Assembly: GCA_048939245.1 (NCBI GenBank)
Contig: JBHLPR010000039.1
Span: 1 to 19,366 of the forward strand
Length of the DNA: 19,366 nt
DNA from: Promethearchaeota archaeon
GTDB lineage: Archaea; Asgardarchaeota; Hermodarchaeia; Hermodarchaeales; Hermodarchaeaceae
Direction of reading: 5' to 3'
The notes beneath the pieces were generated by a model. The model had not been told where the DNA came from. It did not search any database and was given only the letters and a program-made list of their open reading frames with translations. This document shows positions 9,180-17,102 of the stretch, piece after piece (position 1 is the first letter of the stretch; every line of letters begins with the position of its first letter). The position numbers and the translations under genes are program-made.

Positions 9180-9318
9180 AGCAGTATCTACAGAACATCA
9201 GATATTAAAATCCAATATCAGGTGGAATGTTTTTATTGTGATCAAAAAGGTTCATGGTAAAAGCAATTACAAAAATCTTATACGAATGAATTCGGCTGTA
9301 ACCTATAGGGGAGTTAAG

Positions 9319-9948
9319 TTGCTGCAATTAGCAGTTGATTGGCTGTCTTTGACCAGTTGGTTGCTGCTAGTATTCTTTATTTTACTCATCATAACGATTT
9401 CTTACAACTTTTATCGAGAATGGGGGCGCATTCCTGATGAAAGCCAATGGATCGCTACAAAGGGGAAGCTCCTCAGCACTAAAACCGAGTTTAAGGCTGG
9501 TGTCCGTCTTTCTGTTACACCTAAAAACCCCCGGATTCGTCGTCTTGATCTAGGCTCCTATACGATCTGGCGTCCATATGGCCGAGGAGTAGATTCCAGG
9601 TTCTTTCGCATGCGCCTCCATTTAACTTTAGACTGTGGAATCCACTTTGAACTGACCTCCAAGAACCATGTTCCAGGTGGCATCATATTTGATCCAAACG
9701 AAGCCATAATCGGTAATGAGGTCGTTGATCACCTTTTTTACACGGAAACAACCACTCCCAAAGAAACTAGCACTCTTCTCGAAACTCCCAAACTACTTAG
9801 TCTCATCGAACAACAACCAGAGCTCCAAAAACTCCAAGTCAAAGGAGACCAAATTGAACTTATTTTCAAACGAAAAATCAGATTGCTAGAACCATTCTAT
9901 CAACTGGCACTCATCCTTGCCAATCAGCTCGAAGAACTCTACCTGTAA
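9319..9948 (+). CDS. Hypothetical protein with N-terminal TM anchor
   Basis: ORF 9238-9948. In-frame TTG 9319 follows SD-like GGGGAG. One TM helix then a soluble domain. Start uncertain. Confidence 0.7.
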   Translation: MLQLAVDWLSLTSWLLLVFFILLIITISYNFYREWGRIPDESQWIATKGKLLSTKTEFKAGVRLSVTPKNPRIRRLDLGSYTIWRPYGRGVDSRFFRMRLHLTLDCGIHFELTSKNHVPGGIIFDPNEAIIGNEVVDHLFYTETTTPKETSTLLETPKLLSLIEQQPELQKLQVKGDQIELIFKRKIRLLEPFYQLALILANQLEELYL

Positions 9949-10018
9949 CTCAATCACCCCTTATCGAATTGCGTACATCACAATTTTTCCCCACACTTTG
10001 TATCACTAATATACTCGA

Positions 10019-10050
10019 AACCCTACACCCTACTGAACCTTTTTTCATTT
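10019..10050 (+). repeat. Intergenic direct-repeat motif, copy B
   Basis: AACCCTACACCCTACTGAAC, 15/20 to copy E and 16/20 to copy C. Its tail (C)TTTTTTCATTT is shared with copy E. Confidence 0.7.
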
Positions 10051-10135
10051 TAATTCATAGCTAAGACCTTTAAGGCACTCATTAGCATTACATGATAGCC
10101 ATACATAATTTGAAGAAACGGAGACAGCAAATGAA

Positions 10136-10489
10136 ATGAGTAACACTGAAACTTCATCTATGCTTGTAAGGATTGGTGCCTGGCTCCAGATTCCTTTCTC
10201 ATTCTTTATCATCGTCATTATTGCATGGATGTTTTGGATTTTATGGCCAATTATGCTTGATCCTATATTTTGGACAGCCTTTGGATGGTGGACAACGGTA
10301 CTCTTGGGGTTAAGCATCTTCGCAGGTATATTGGGACTAATTCTCGCACTATTTTGGTTTAAGTGGCGAAATGATATACCTACTCATAAGAACGATTTCA
10401 TTAAGACCGGTATTGTCGGCATGATTTTCACGGGAACGGTTCCCGGCTTACTTGTACTCATTGGAGCAGCTATTCACCCATCCAAATAG
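10136..10489 (+). CDS. Small hypothetical membrane protein (about 3 TM)
   Basis: 117-aa ORF with hydrophobic helices and a C-terminal PGLLVLIG motif. Confidence 0.8.
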   Translation: MSNTETSSMLVRIGAWLQIPFSFFIIVIIAWMFWILWPIMLDPIFWTAFGWWTTVLLGLSIFAGILGLILALFWFKWRNDIPTHKNDFIKTGIVGMIFTGTVPGLLVLIGAAIHPSK

Positions 10490-10554
10490 CACACCAATCC
10501 TCTGTAGAGTAACGCAAAAAAGTGGTGGTAGATACAAATAGTTTAGGTTTTGAA

Positions 10555-10761
10555 ATGCCAATTGCTCACATTCATCTATGGAAAGGGTTCTCGGAAGACA
10601 AGATCAAAGAAATAATTGAGGGAATAACAGATGTATTTGTTAAAATCGGTATCCCCTCACGTGCAGTTGAAGTCGTTGTTCATGAAATTCCCAAAACACA
10701 TTGGGGCGTTGATGGTAAACCAGCAACCCAATCGTTGAAGGATTGGCAACCACCTGAATGA
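10555..10761 (+). CDS. 4-oxalocrotonate tautomerase family protein
   Basis: ATG 10555 gives MPIAHIHL.. with the catalytic Pro1. Pattern G.S....KE.IEGITD.F...G.P..AVEVVVHEIP..HWGV.G. 68 aa. Confidence 0.92.
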   Translation: MPIAHIHLWKGFSEDKIKEIIEGITDVFVKIGIPSRAVEVVVHEIPKTHWGVDGKPATQSLKDWQPPE

Positions 10762-11047
10762 CTCATCGACTATTTATCATACTTTTTTTTATCACATTCT
10801 GAGTAATCAATGATTTCACGTAGAACGTATTTACAGAGAAAATACATCGATTTCAAAATAGGTCCAAAGAAACCCCAATTAATACTTACCATTTATTTGA
10901 ATTAAGCACAGGAATCACTGAAATACCAGGAAGCCTAGTAATGCTTCATCGTCGATTGGATTATACCGAACGAAATATTCAAAATGAAGTGATGAGAGCT
11001 CTAAGTAAAAAGGCGTTTCATACCAACAAATCTTAGGTTAGCTGTCA

Positions 11048-11740
11048 ATGGGTAAAAAAAGCAAAAAACACCAAAAGCGAAAAAAGACTACTAAGCGGAA
11101 AGTGAAGATAAAGAGTGGAAAATCATCTCAGAATTTTCCGTGGATCATTGTATTAGTTATTGTTGTAATCTGTATTGGTGTTGGTGGTGCATTAGTGTTC
11201 TTCTTGAGCACCCCACCGAGTGTTCCACCAGACTCTAATGGAACAAATCTCACAAGAGCGCCAGGCTTTTCATTGACTAGCATAGATGGTGAAGATTTCT
11301 CGCTTTCAGGTTTTCGTGGGCAAGTTGTTGTTCTTGATTTGATGGGGACAACCTGCATTCCTTGTATTGAGCAAATGGAACACTTACATTCAATCGATGG
11401 TCTTTTTGAAGATAGTATTCAAATTATTTCAATTAGTGTATCAGGGGATAGTGATGAGCAGTTGCGCCAATTTGCTTCAGATCACAATATAGATTGGCTC
11501 GTGGCCCGAGATACAGATAATGTTGGAATAGATTATAGTGTTCGCTTCATCCCAACCATTGTTATTATTGACCAAGATGGATACTTAAGAAACCGTCACT
11601 CGGGTATAGCTGCTGCATCAGTATTACAAGATGAAATCAATGTTTTACTGAATGACAATGCCTTTTCATTTGCATTGATTTTGCCCGTTATTGAAGGGTT
11701 GTCAGGAGGAAAAATTCTTTGCTGTCTCCCCTTCTGCTAG
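11048..11740 (+). CDS. Membrane-anchored TlpA/ResA-like thiol-disulfide oxidoreductase
   Basis: Polybasic N-terminus + TM helix. APGFSLTSIDG..FSLS.FRGQVVVLD, CxxC (CIPC), cis-Pro motif FIPTIVIIDQDG. Confidence 0.9.
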   Translation: MGKKSKKHQKRKKTTKRKVKIKSGKSSQNFPWIIVLVIVVICIGVGGALVFFLSTPPSVPPDSNGTNLTRAPGFSLTSIDGEDFSLSGFRGQVVVLDLMGTTCIPCIEQMEHLHSIDGLFEDSIQIISISVSGDSDEQLRQFASDHNIDWLVARDTDNVGIDYSVRFIPTIVIIDQDGYLRNRHSGIAAASVLQDEINVLLNDNAFSFALILPVIEGLSGGKILCCLPFC

Positions 11741-12414
11741 TATTGATTTATCTTGGGGGAATTGTTGCGGCCTTTGGTCCATGTTCTTTAGCGACGATTC
11801 CAGTTTATCTCGGTTATATTGCTGGAAGCGCTAACAGCCTTTGGAAAGGCATTACTTCCGGTATCGTTTTTACTGTTGGTCTCTCCTTAGTCTTTGCTCT
11901 CCTAGGGGCTGCAGCGGTTTTAATCGGAATTTTCTTGCCTTCTGTGGCAATCATCTATGCTGTTCTTGGTATCATCATGATTGTCTTTGGGGTGATGCTT
12001 TTAGGAGTGTTCCAACAATATACTTGTCGCTTTATACCGCATGAAAAAGCCACACGTTTTTCTGGCCCCTTAGGAGCTCTTGTGTTAGGATTGAGCTTTG
12101 GATTTGTTTGGACTCCTTGTGTTACACCTATGCTTGGCGCTGTGTTAATTCTAATAATGTTCAGTGGTAGCTTGCTTGTTGGTGCAGGATTACTCTTTAT
12201 CTTTGGGGTTGGATATGGCACGCCTCTAATCATTGCAGGAGGATTGCTAGCTAATGGTCAACAAATATTGGGAGAACGTTATGAGAAAGCCTCACGTTGG
12301 ATTATGCGTATTGGTGGGATTATCCTAATAGTCCTCGGCATTGACTTGCTATTACCACTTTTTGGGTTTCCAACTTTCATCTTTCGAATTCTGAATGGCG
12401 GAATCGGTCCCTGA
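11719..12414 (+). CDS. ccdA: CcdA/DsbD-beta-like transmembrane electron transporter
   Basis: Two conserved PC motifs (FGPCSLATIPVY, WTPCVTPMLG), about 6 TM. TTG start 8 nt after GGAGGA, overlapping the TlpA 3' end. Confidence 0.9.
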   Translation: MLSPLLLVLIYLGGIVAAFGPCSLATIPVYLGYIAGSANSLWKGITSGIVFTVGLSLVFALLGAAAVLIGIFLPSVAIIYAVLGIIMIVFGVMLLGVFQQYTCRFIPHEKATRFSGPLGALVLGLSFGFVWTPCVTPMLGAVLILIMFSGSLLVGAGLLFIFGVGYGTPLIIAGGLLANGQQILGERYEKASRWIMRIGGIILIVLGIDLLLPLFGFPTFIFRILNGGIGP

Positions 12415-12538
12415 GTTAGATTTTTTGAGACAAATATGGCAGATAGGACCAGCCTAGCGACGCTTTTTACTTTAGGAGATTTCATTTAGTTTTGAAGATT
12501 TTAAAAATGAAAGAAGAAGTTGATTAAATTCGTCTAAA

Positions 12539-13756
12539 TTAACACTCAAGTGCGTTGCTTTTGATTGAATTTTTAATCAGTGATTCTTTGTTTTTAGAAA
12601 CATTGGACACTAGTTTCAAAATCTGATCATATCCCTTTTGAATTAGATATGAAAAGAGGAATATAAACGGGACAAATAATAAGGCGATATAGAGGTTTTC
12701 TGCTGCCAGCATGTCGATCTGGAGACCAAAGGTCATAATTGCTGTAAAGGCGGTAAGAAAGATTCTGTGGAAGAGATAGACACTGTATGTGGAATATGCG
12801 GTTACTGACACAGCTAATACGAGTTTTCTTTTAGAGCCAATAAATCCAATTCCGCGGAAAATAACATTGGATAAGGAAAAAACGAAGATTATGAAGGACA
12901 TGATTATCAGGTTTATTAGAAGAATTGCTGGTGCTAATTGAAAGAAGCTAGAATACAATTCTAGAATAATATGCAAACTGGATGTTCCGTATTCTGCAAT
13001 GAAAGAGAGGTAGCAAAACTGCGTTAAAAACGTGAATGCAATAAAACCTAAAATAGTAGTCAATAAGGGTATGAGGAGTAAGACCTCCGGTTTTATCTTA
13101 CTCAAACGTTCTTTCACACGCTGGTACTCAGGAGAGGTATAAAATAGAGCTGAAATTATGCCAAAGATGAAAATTAAATAGTAAAGGAAAAACCTGTGCT
13201 CAACAAGCCCAAAAACCCCATTAAGAAACAGAAAGAAGAACAGAATACCAATTGAAGCAGGTATAATCCACTTAATTGATTCGAATAGATTCAAGACGAT
13301 ATAAATCAAGTAATAGATCACAATTATACCAATAAACCAAAGCGTGAGCATAGGCGGGCCAAAATACGGAGCTACTATGATTTGCAATCCCAAAAAGTGG
13401 TATATTAAGTAAAATGGGTTAATGCCTATATACCCCACAAAAAAGAGAAACAGGATAATGGCAACCCAATAAAGGGGAAAAACCCGTATGAATCTCTTCT
13501 TTAGAAAAGCGAGGATTTTCTTAGAGGAATTAAGATTTCGATTATTCGGATTCAAATAGAGACCGAATCCTGAAACAAACACAAAAGACCCCATCGCGAC
13601 GTAAATTCCGACATTATTTACTAAGAACACGCCAAATTGATCTAAGTCAAGATAGAAACAATAAGCATAGCTAAGCGGTATATGAATCAATATTACAACG
13701 ATTAATATCGATACTATTCGCATAACATCGAATTCTGGTAATTTCTGGTTTGTCAT
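12539..13756 (-). CDS. Acyltransferase-3 family membrane O-acyltransferase (OafA-like)
   Basis: FD.MR.VSIL.VV..H, FVFVSGFGL, FLKKRF.RVFPLYW, LWFI and SYSVYLFH-like (TYSVYLFH) motifs. About 10 TM. ATG 13756. Confidence 0.9.
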   Translation of the reverse strand: MTNQKLPEFDVMRIVSILIVVILIHIPLSYAYCFYLDLDQFGVFLVNNVGIYVAMGSFVFVSGFGLYLNPNNRNLNSSKKILAFLKKRFIRVFPLYWVAIILFLFFVGYIGINPFYLIYHFLGLQIIVAPYFGPPMLTLWFIGIIVIYYLIYIVLNLFESIKWIIPASIGILFFFLFLNGVFGLVEHRFFLYYLIFIFGIISALFYTSPEYQRVKERLSKIKPEVLLLIPLLTTILGFIAFTFLTQFCYLSFIAEYGTSSLHIILELYSSFFQLAPAILLINLIIMSFIIFVFSLSNVIFRGIGFIGSKRKLVLAVSVTAYSTYSVYLFHRIFLTAFTAIMTFGLQIDMLAAENLYIALLFVPFIFLFSYLIQKGYDQILKLVSNVSKNKESLIKNSIKSNALEC

Positions 13757-13956
13757 CTTCAATTATCTCACTTTGGATGGAATCACGATTCCAGCGGTTA
13801 CTATTTGGTCTATAGTCATAAAGATGACAAGGAGTTTGTAAGACTCGTTCAATTGCAAAACCCAATGTTTCGGCTTCTTTATGCGACTCACCGCTATTTT
13901 GCGATATATATTTGCATGAACCAGCAAGGTTAGGAATTAGCAAAATCACTCATTCT

Positions 13957-13989
13957 ACCTCCCGAAAACGAACCATACGGGAGGTTTTT
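13957..13989. other. GC-rich hairpin followed by a T-run
   Basis: ACCTCCCG-13 nt-CGGGAGGT then TTTT. A second perfect inverted repeat, TGGAATC-ac-GATTCCA, lies at 13778-13793. Confidence 0.4.
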
Positions 13990-14091
13990 CGAGCTATAGA
14001 GTGGAATATAACTTCGATACCATAAGGATAACATTTATTGAAACTAATTTTATTTGTAGTAATTTCGTATGAGCAAAGTCTTATTGCTCTC

Positions 14092-14114
14092 AACACTAAG
14101 CCTTACTGAACTTT
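14092..14114 (+). repeat. Intergenic direct-repeat motif, copy C
   Basis: AACACTAAGCCTTACTGAACTTT. 17 contiguous bp (AAGCCTTACTGAACTTT) are identical to copy E. Confidence 0.88.
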
Positions 14115-14137
14115 ATTCCTGATTTCATATAAAATGA

Positions 14138-14590
14138 TTAAGAGAAATCAAGAAGCGTTCTTTGAAGTTTGGTTTTTGAGAACTCTATTAACATTCCTTC
14201 TTTTAGATGAAAAACAAGGATAACCCGAGTTTCCTTGGGGAACATCTTCATATAGGGGAATTGTTGGATGAGTTTTTTCCAGTAGCCATCAAATTGAAGC
14301 GAATCAGGATAGTGAATTTCAGCGTCAGCAAGGATCTGTAAGACCTTGGCATTTTGTGTAGTTTCAGGAGTAAAGATATCATGGATTTCAAAATGTACCA
14401 TAGGATTTTCTCGGATATTGGCTACGGATATGTGTTCTTTTGAAATTTCTAAGAAAACGTTTGTTCCTTGAACACCATATTCATGGGGAGTCGCATTTGG
14501 TATTCCCGATTTTGAGGATGTAGCCATTGTTAGAAAATGATGGCTTTGAAGAAACTTTAGAGCAATCTCCTCGGGAGTTTTGGCATACAT
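14138..14590 (-). CDS. Pyridoxamine 5'-phosphate oxidase-like FMN-binding split-barrel protein
   Basis: FL..H..LTMATSS..G.P.A.P and H..VANIRENP.V.F. 150 aa. Confidence 0.85.
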   Translation of the reverse strand: MYAKTPEEIALKFLQSHHFLTMATSSKSGIPNATPHEYGVQGTNVFLEISKEHISVANIRENPMVHFEIHDIFTPETTQNAKVLQILADAEIHYPDSLQFDGYWKKLIQQFPYMKMFPKETRVILVFHLKEGMLIEFSKTKLQRTLLDFS

Positions 14591-14679
14591 ATCCTTTCAA
14601 GTGAAAGAGAATAATATTAAATGCATTTCATAAACTAGACAGTGAAAATTGGTTGTACGACCGCCGCCGTTTCACTGAC

Positions 14680-14702
14680 ACACCCAAGCCTTACTGAAAT
14701 TC
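14680..14702 (+). repeat. Intergenic direct-repeat motif, copy D
   Basis: ACACCCAAGCCTTACTGAAATTC. 17 contiguous bp (ACCCAAGCCTTACTGAA) are identical to copy E. Lies between divergent genes. Confidence 0.88.
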
Positions 14703-14805
14703 TTTTGAACAAATTAAAAAGAGAAGATAATCGACTCATCTGACCTTTTATACGACCTATGCTCTAATACCCACTAAACCAATAGAACATGTGCGGGTCA
14801 TATGT

Positions 14806-15837
14806 ATGTCTTCTTCGAGAGTCTCAGGATACGCAGCGAAAGCGGTAGGGCAGCCGCTCGAGCCATTCACCTATAACCCACCTAAATTAGGGGATCATGA
14901 TGTTCGAGTCTCGGTCACGCACTGCGGTGTGTGCCATACCGACATCCAAGCCATTGACGACTACTACGGAATAACCACCTTTCCCTTTGTCCCAGGTCAC
15001 GAAATCGTTGGTTACGTGTCAGCCGCAGGTCACAAAGTATCCGGTTTGAAGAAAGGTGACCGGGTCGGCATCGGATGGCAAGGCCGTTCTTGTGGGCAAT
15101 GTGAATGGTGCTTGCAGGGCGAAGAGCAACTTTGTATGGACATAGTCAAAGCAGGAACGTGGGTCCCCTATGGCGGCTTCTCGTCCTCTGTACTTGTGGA
15201 TAGCAGCTTTGCATACCCGCTGCCCGACGCCATGCCCTCCGAGGTAGCAGCCGTCCTCATGTGCGCAGGGATTGCAGTATACTCTCCTCTCCGATTATAT
15301 ACAGCGCAACCCGCGCAGAAAATTGGCATCATCGGCGTAGGAGGGCTGGGCCACCTCGCATTACAGTTCGCTCACGCGCTCAACTATGAAGTCACCGCCA
15401 TTTCCCATTCTCCAGAGAAGAAGGACGAGGCGCTTGCCTTCGGCGCAGACCACTTCCTCGTTTCGGACGACGAGGCCAGCTTGCGCCAGTTTGAGTTCGG
15501 TTTCGACTTGCTTCTATGCACTGCCTCTGGCAAGATCGATTGGGACATGCTTTTGACCATCTTAAAGAAAAATGGTAGATTTGTTCTTATTGGATTCCCA
15601 GACGTGGTATTCAATTCGACTGACCTCGTAGCACACCAACTGTCGATCACTGGTTCCTTCCTTGGTAACCGAACAACAATGCGGGAGATGCTCTCGTTTG
15701 CACAGACACACGGCATCGTACCTAAGGTGGAGTTGATGCCCATGACAAGGGTAAACGAAGCACTTGAGAAGGTGAGAGAGAACAAGGCACGCTACCGAAT
15801 CGTGTTAGTCAACGAACCCATCGAAGTAGAAGCCTAG
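14806..15837 (+). CDS. Zn-dependent NAD(P)-dependent alcohol dehydrogenase / aldehyde reductase (CAD/Ahr-like MDR)
   Basis: CGVCHTD, PGHEIVG, structural-Zn cysteines CGQCEWC..7..C, MCAG, GVGGLGH, C-terminal ARYRIVL. ATG 14806 (alternative GTG 14791). Confidence 0.95.
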   Translation: MSSSRVSGYAAKAVGQPLEPFTYNPPKLGDHDVRVSVTHCGVCHTDIQAIDDYYGITTFPFVPGHEIVGYVSAAGHKVSGLKKGDRVGIGWQGRSCGQCEWCLQGEEQLCMDIVKAGTWVPYGGFSSSVLVDSSFAYPLPDAMPSEVAAVLMCAGIAVYSPLRLYTAQPAQKIGIIGVGGLGHLALQFAHALNYEVTAISHSPEKKDEALAFGADHFLVSDDEASLRQFEFGFDLLLCTASGKIDWDMLLTILKKNGRFVLIGFPDVVFNSTDLVAHQLSITGSFLGNRTTMREMLSFAQTHGIVPKVELMPMTRVNEALEKVRENKARYRIVLVNEPIEVEA

Positions 15838-15860
15838 ACATCCGATATGCTTTTACTCAC

Positions 15861-15891
15861 AAACCCAAGCCTTACTGAACTTTTTTCATTT
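15861..15891 (+). repeat. Intergenic direct-repeat motif, copy E (consensus-like)
   Basis: AAACCCAAGCCTTACTGAACTTTTTTCATTT, starting 24 nt after the ADH stop. Confidence 0.88.
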
Positions 15892-15972
15892 AGGTCTGTA
15901 GTTCCTGGTTTTAATAAGATGATAATGACTGCAATGAACAATCCTAAAAAGCAATAATCGTTAAAAGAAAGA

Positions 15973-16248
15973 TTGGAGGTGGATGACATCTTAATACAAA
16001 TCTATAATCTCGGACAGCCCATCTTTGGACTCTATCTTTTTGCTGGGCTTTGGCTAGTAATGCTTATTGGAGTAGTGATTCTGCTCAGGATCGGTAGAGT
16101 ATCCCGTCACGATTTTTGGCGTTATTTCGCTGTTATCAACATCATCATGCTACCATTAACTATCATCAGCTTACTAGCCACAATTGGCATAATTCCAGCA
16201 GGAATTTTAGACAGTATCATCCGATTCCTCGATTTATTGTGGCCCTAA
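15973..16248 (+). CDS. Small hypothetical membrane protein (2 TM)
   Basis: 91-aa ORF with two hydrophobic helices, filling the gap between ADH and a convergent gene. Start uncertain. Confidence 0.65.
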   Translation: MEVDDILIQIYNLGQPIFGLYLFAGLWLVMLIGVVILLRIGRVSRHDFWRYFAVINIIMLPLTIISLLATIGIIPAGILDSIIRFLDLLWP

Positions 16249-16334
16249 TGCAGAAATGAATTTACATTTCGTGAAAAAAGGAGAAAGGCCCGCAAATACT
16301 GTGAAGTGATTGTCGGGCCCAATGCCATACTGAG

Positions 16335-17102
16335 CTAGTCTTGTTTCACACGTAGTCTTGCTATGGCTCGATTAGCTAAGGTCAGTCCAATGTAGGATAT
16401 GATTAGTCCGATAAGTGCAATAGCGAGAATTATGGGCATGAGTAATGCCAAGAATGCAACGAGTGCCATGCACATCGCAGCGATATGCCATAAGAACATG
16501 CCGAACCATGCAATCCAATTAGCAGTTCTCAAGGCACCTGTCTGCGGTTTAGTAACCCGATACACATGGTAAAATGGAACGATGAAGAAGTAGATGATGG
16601 CTAAAATACCACCGTAAGCTACAACCACCAAGGGCATAGCGAGCCAATTCATTACACCATCACTTACGACTGCTGAAGCAGCGGGAGTAGTGAAAAACCA
16701 TAGAACGACGAGAAAGGAAACGGTTGCGATGAGGAAGAGATACCTCATCCAGTGCTTTTCTTTAAACCATGGTAAGGTAAACACCAGGTTTACCAAGAAA
16801 AATCCGTATAGTGCAACACTCGACCAAGCTGCAAGGTAGTACGGGAGGAGCTGAGTGGCAGTGGCGGTGGCAGGTAGTAGGTATATCATAGCAGCAAAGC
16901 ATGTGTAGGTAAAGAGTAGGAAGAATAATATGAGGAACATCATCCAATTCCATTCTTTCTGTTCTTCCTGAGTGATTATCCAACGATAGGCAACGAAAAT
17001 ACCGTAGAGCAAGACAATCCAGGTCGCGATAATGAGTCCAAACTGGATGGGTGTTTCATGAATGTAAAGCATTCCAGAGAAACCCTCCGGAAACAAATCC
17101 AT
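16335..17102 (-). CDS. Hypothetical 7-TM integral membrane protein
   Basis: 255 aa, seven hydrophobic segments by eye, basic C-terminus, no retinal-binding Lys in TM7. Confidence 0.85.
   Translation of the reverse strand: MDLFPEGFSGMLYIHETPIQFGLIIATWIVLLYGIFVAYRWIITQEEQKEWNWMMFLILFFLLFTYTCFAAMIYLLPATATATQLLPYYLAAWSSVALYGFFLVNLVFTLPWFKEKHWMRYLFLIATVSFLVVLWFFTTPAASAVVSDGVMNWLAMPLVVVAYGGILAIIYFFIVPFYHVYRVTKPQTGALRTANWIAWFGMFLWHIAAMCMALVAFLALLMPIILAIALIGLIISYIGLTLANRAIARLRVKQD

Noticed and set aside
11700-11740. TlpA-CcdA programmed -1 frameshift fusion, or prenylation of the CCLPFC tail
   Set aside because: No canonical slippery heptamer. GGAGGA correctly spaced before TTG 11719 explains the overlap, and the tail is not a CaaX, CC or CxC terminus.
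13671-13949. 92-aa ORF upstream of the acyltransferase
   Set aside because: It overlaps the acyltransferase start out of frame, has no recognisable motif and lies in a palindrome-rich intergenic region.
7576-15891. Repeat motif as CRISPR repeats, classical attC or Xer dif sites
   Set aside because: Spacing is 0.6-4 kb and irregular, and no cas genes are present. ACTGAAC resembles an attC R'' box, but I found no complementary GTT arm at a suitable distance. The motif lacks the dyad symmetry of dif.
16287-16319. SECIS element
   Set aside because: No neighbouring gene shows an in-frame TGA at a catalytic Cys position. The TlpA has a normal CIPC.
16335-17102. Rhodopsin
   Set aside because: No Schiff-base lysine in TM7 and no rhodopsin TM3 motif.
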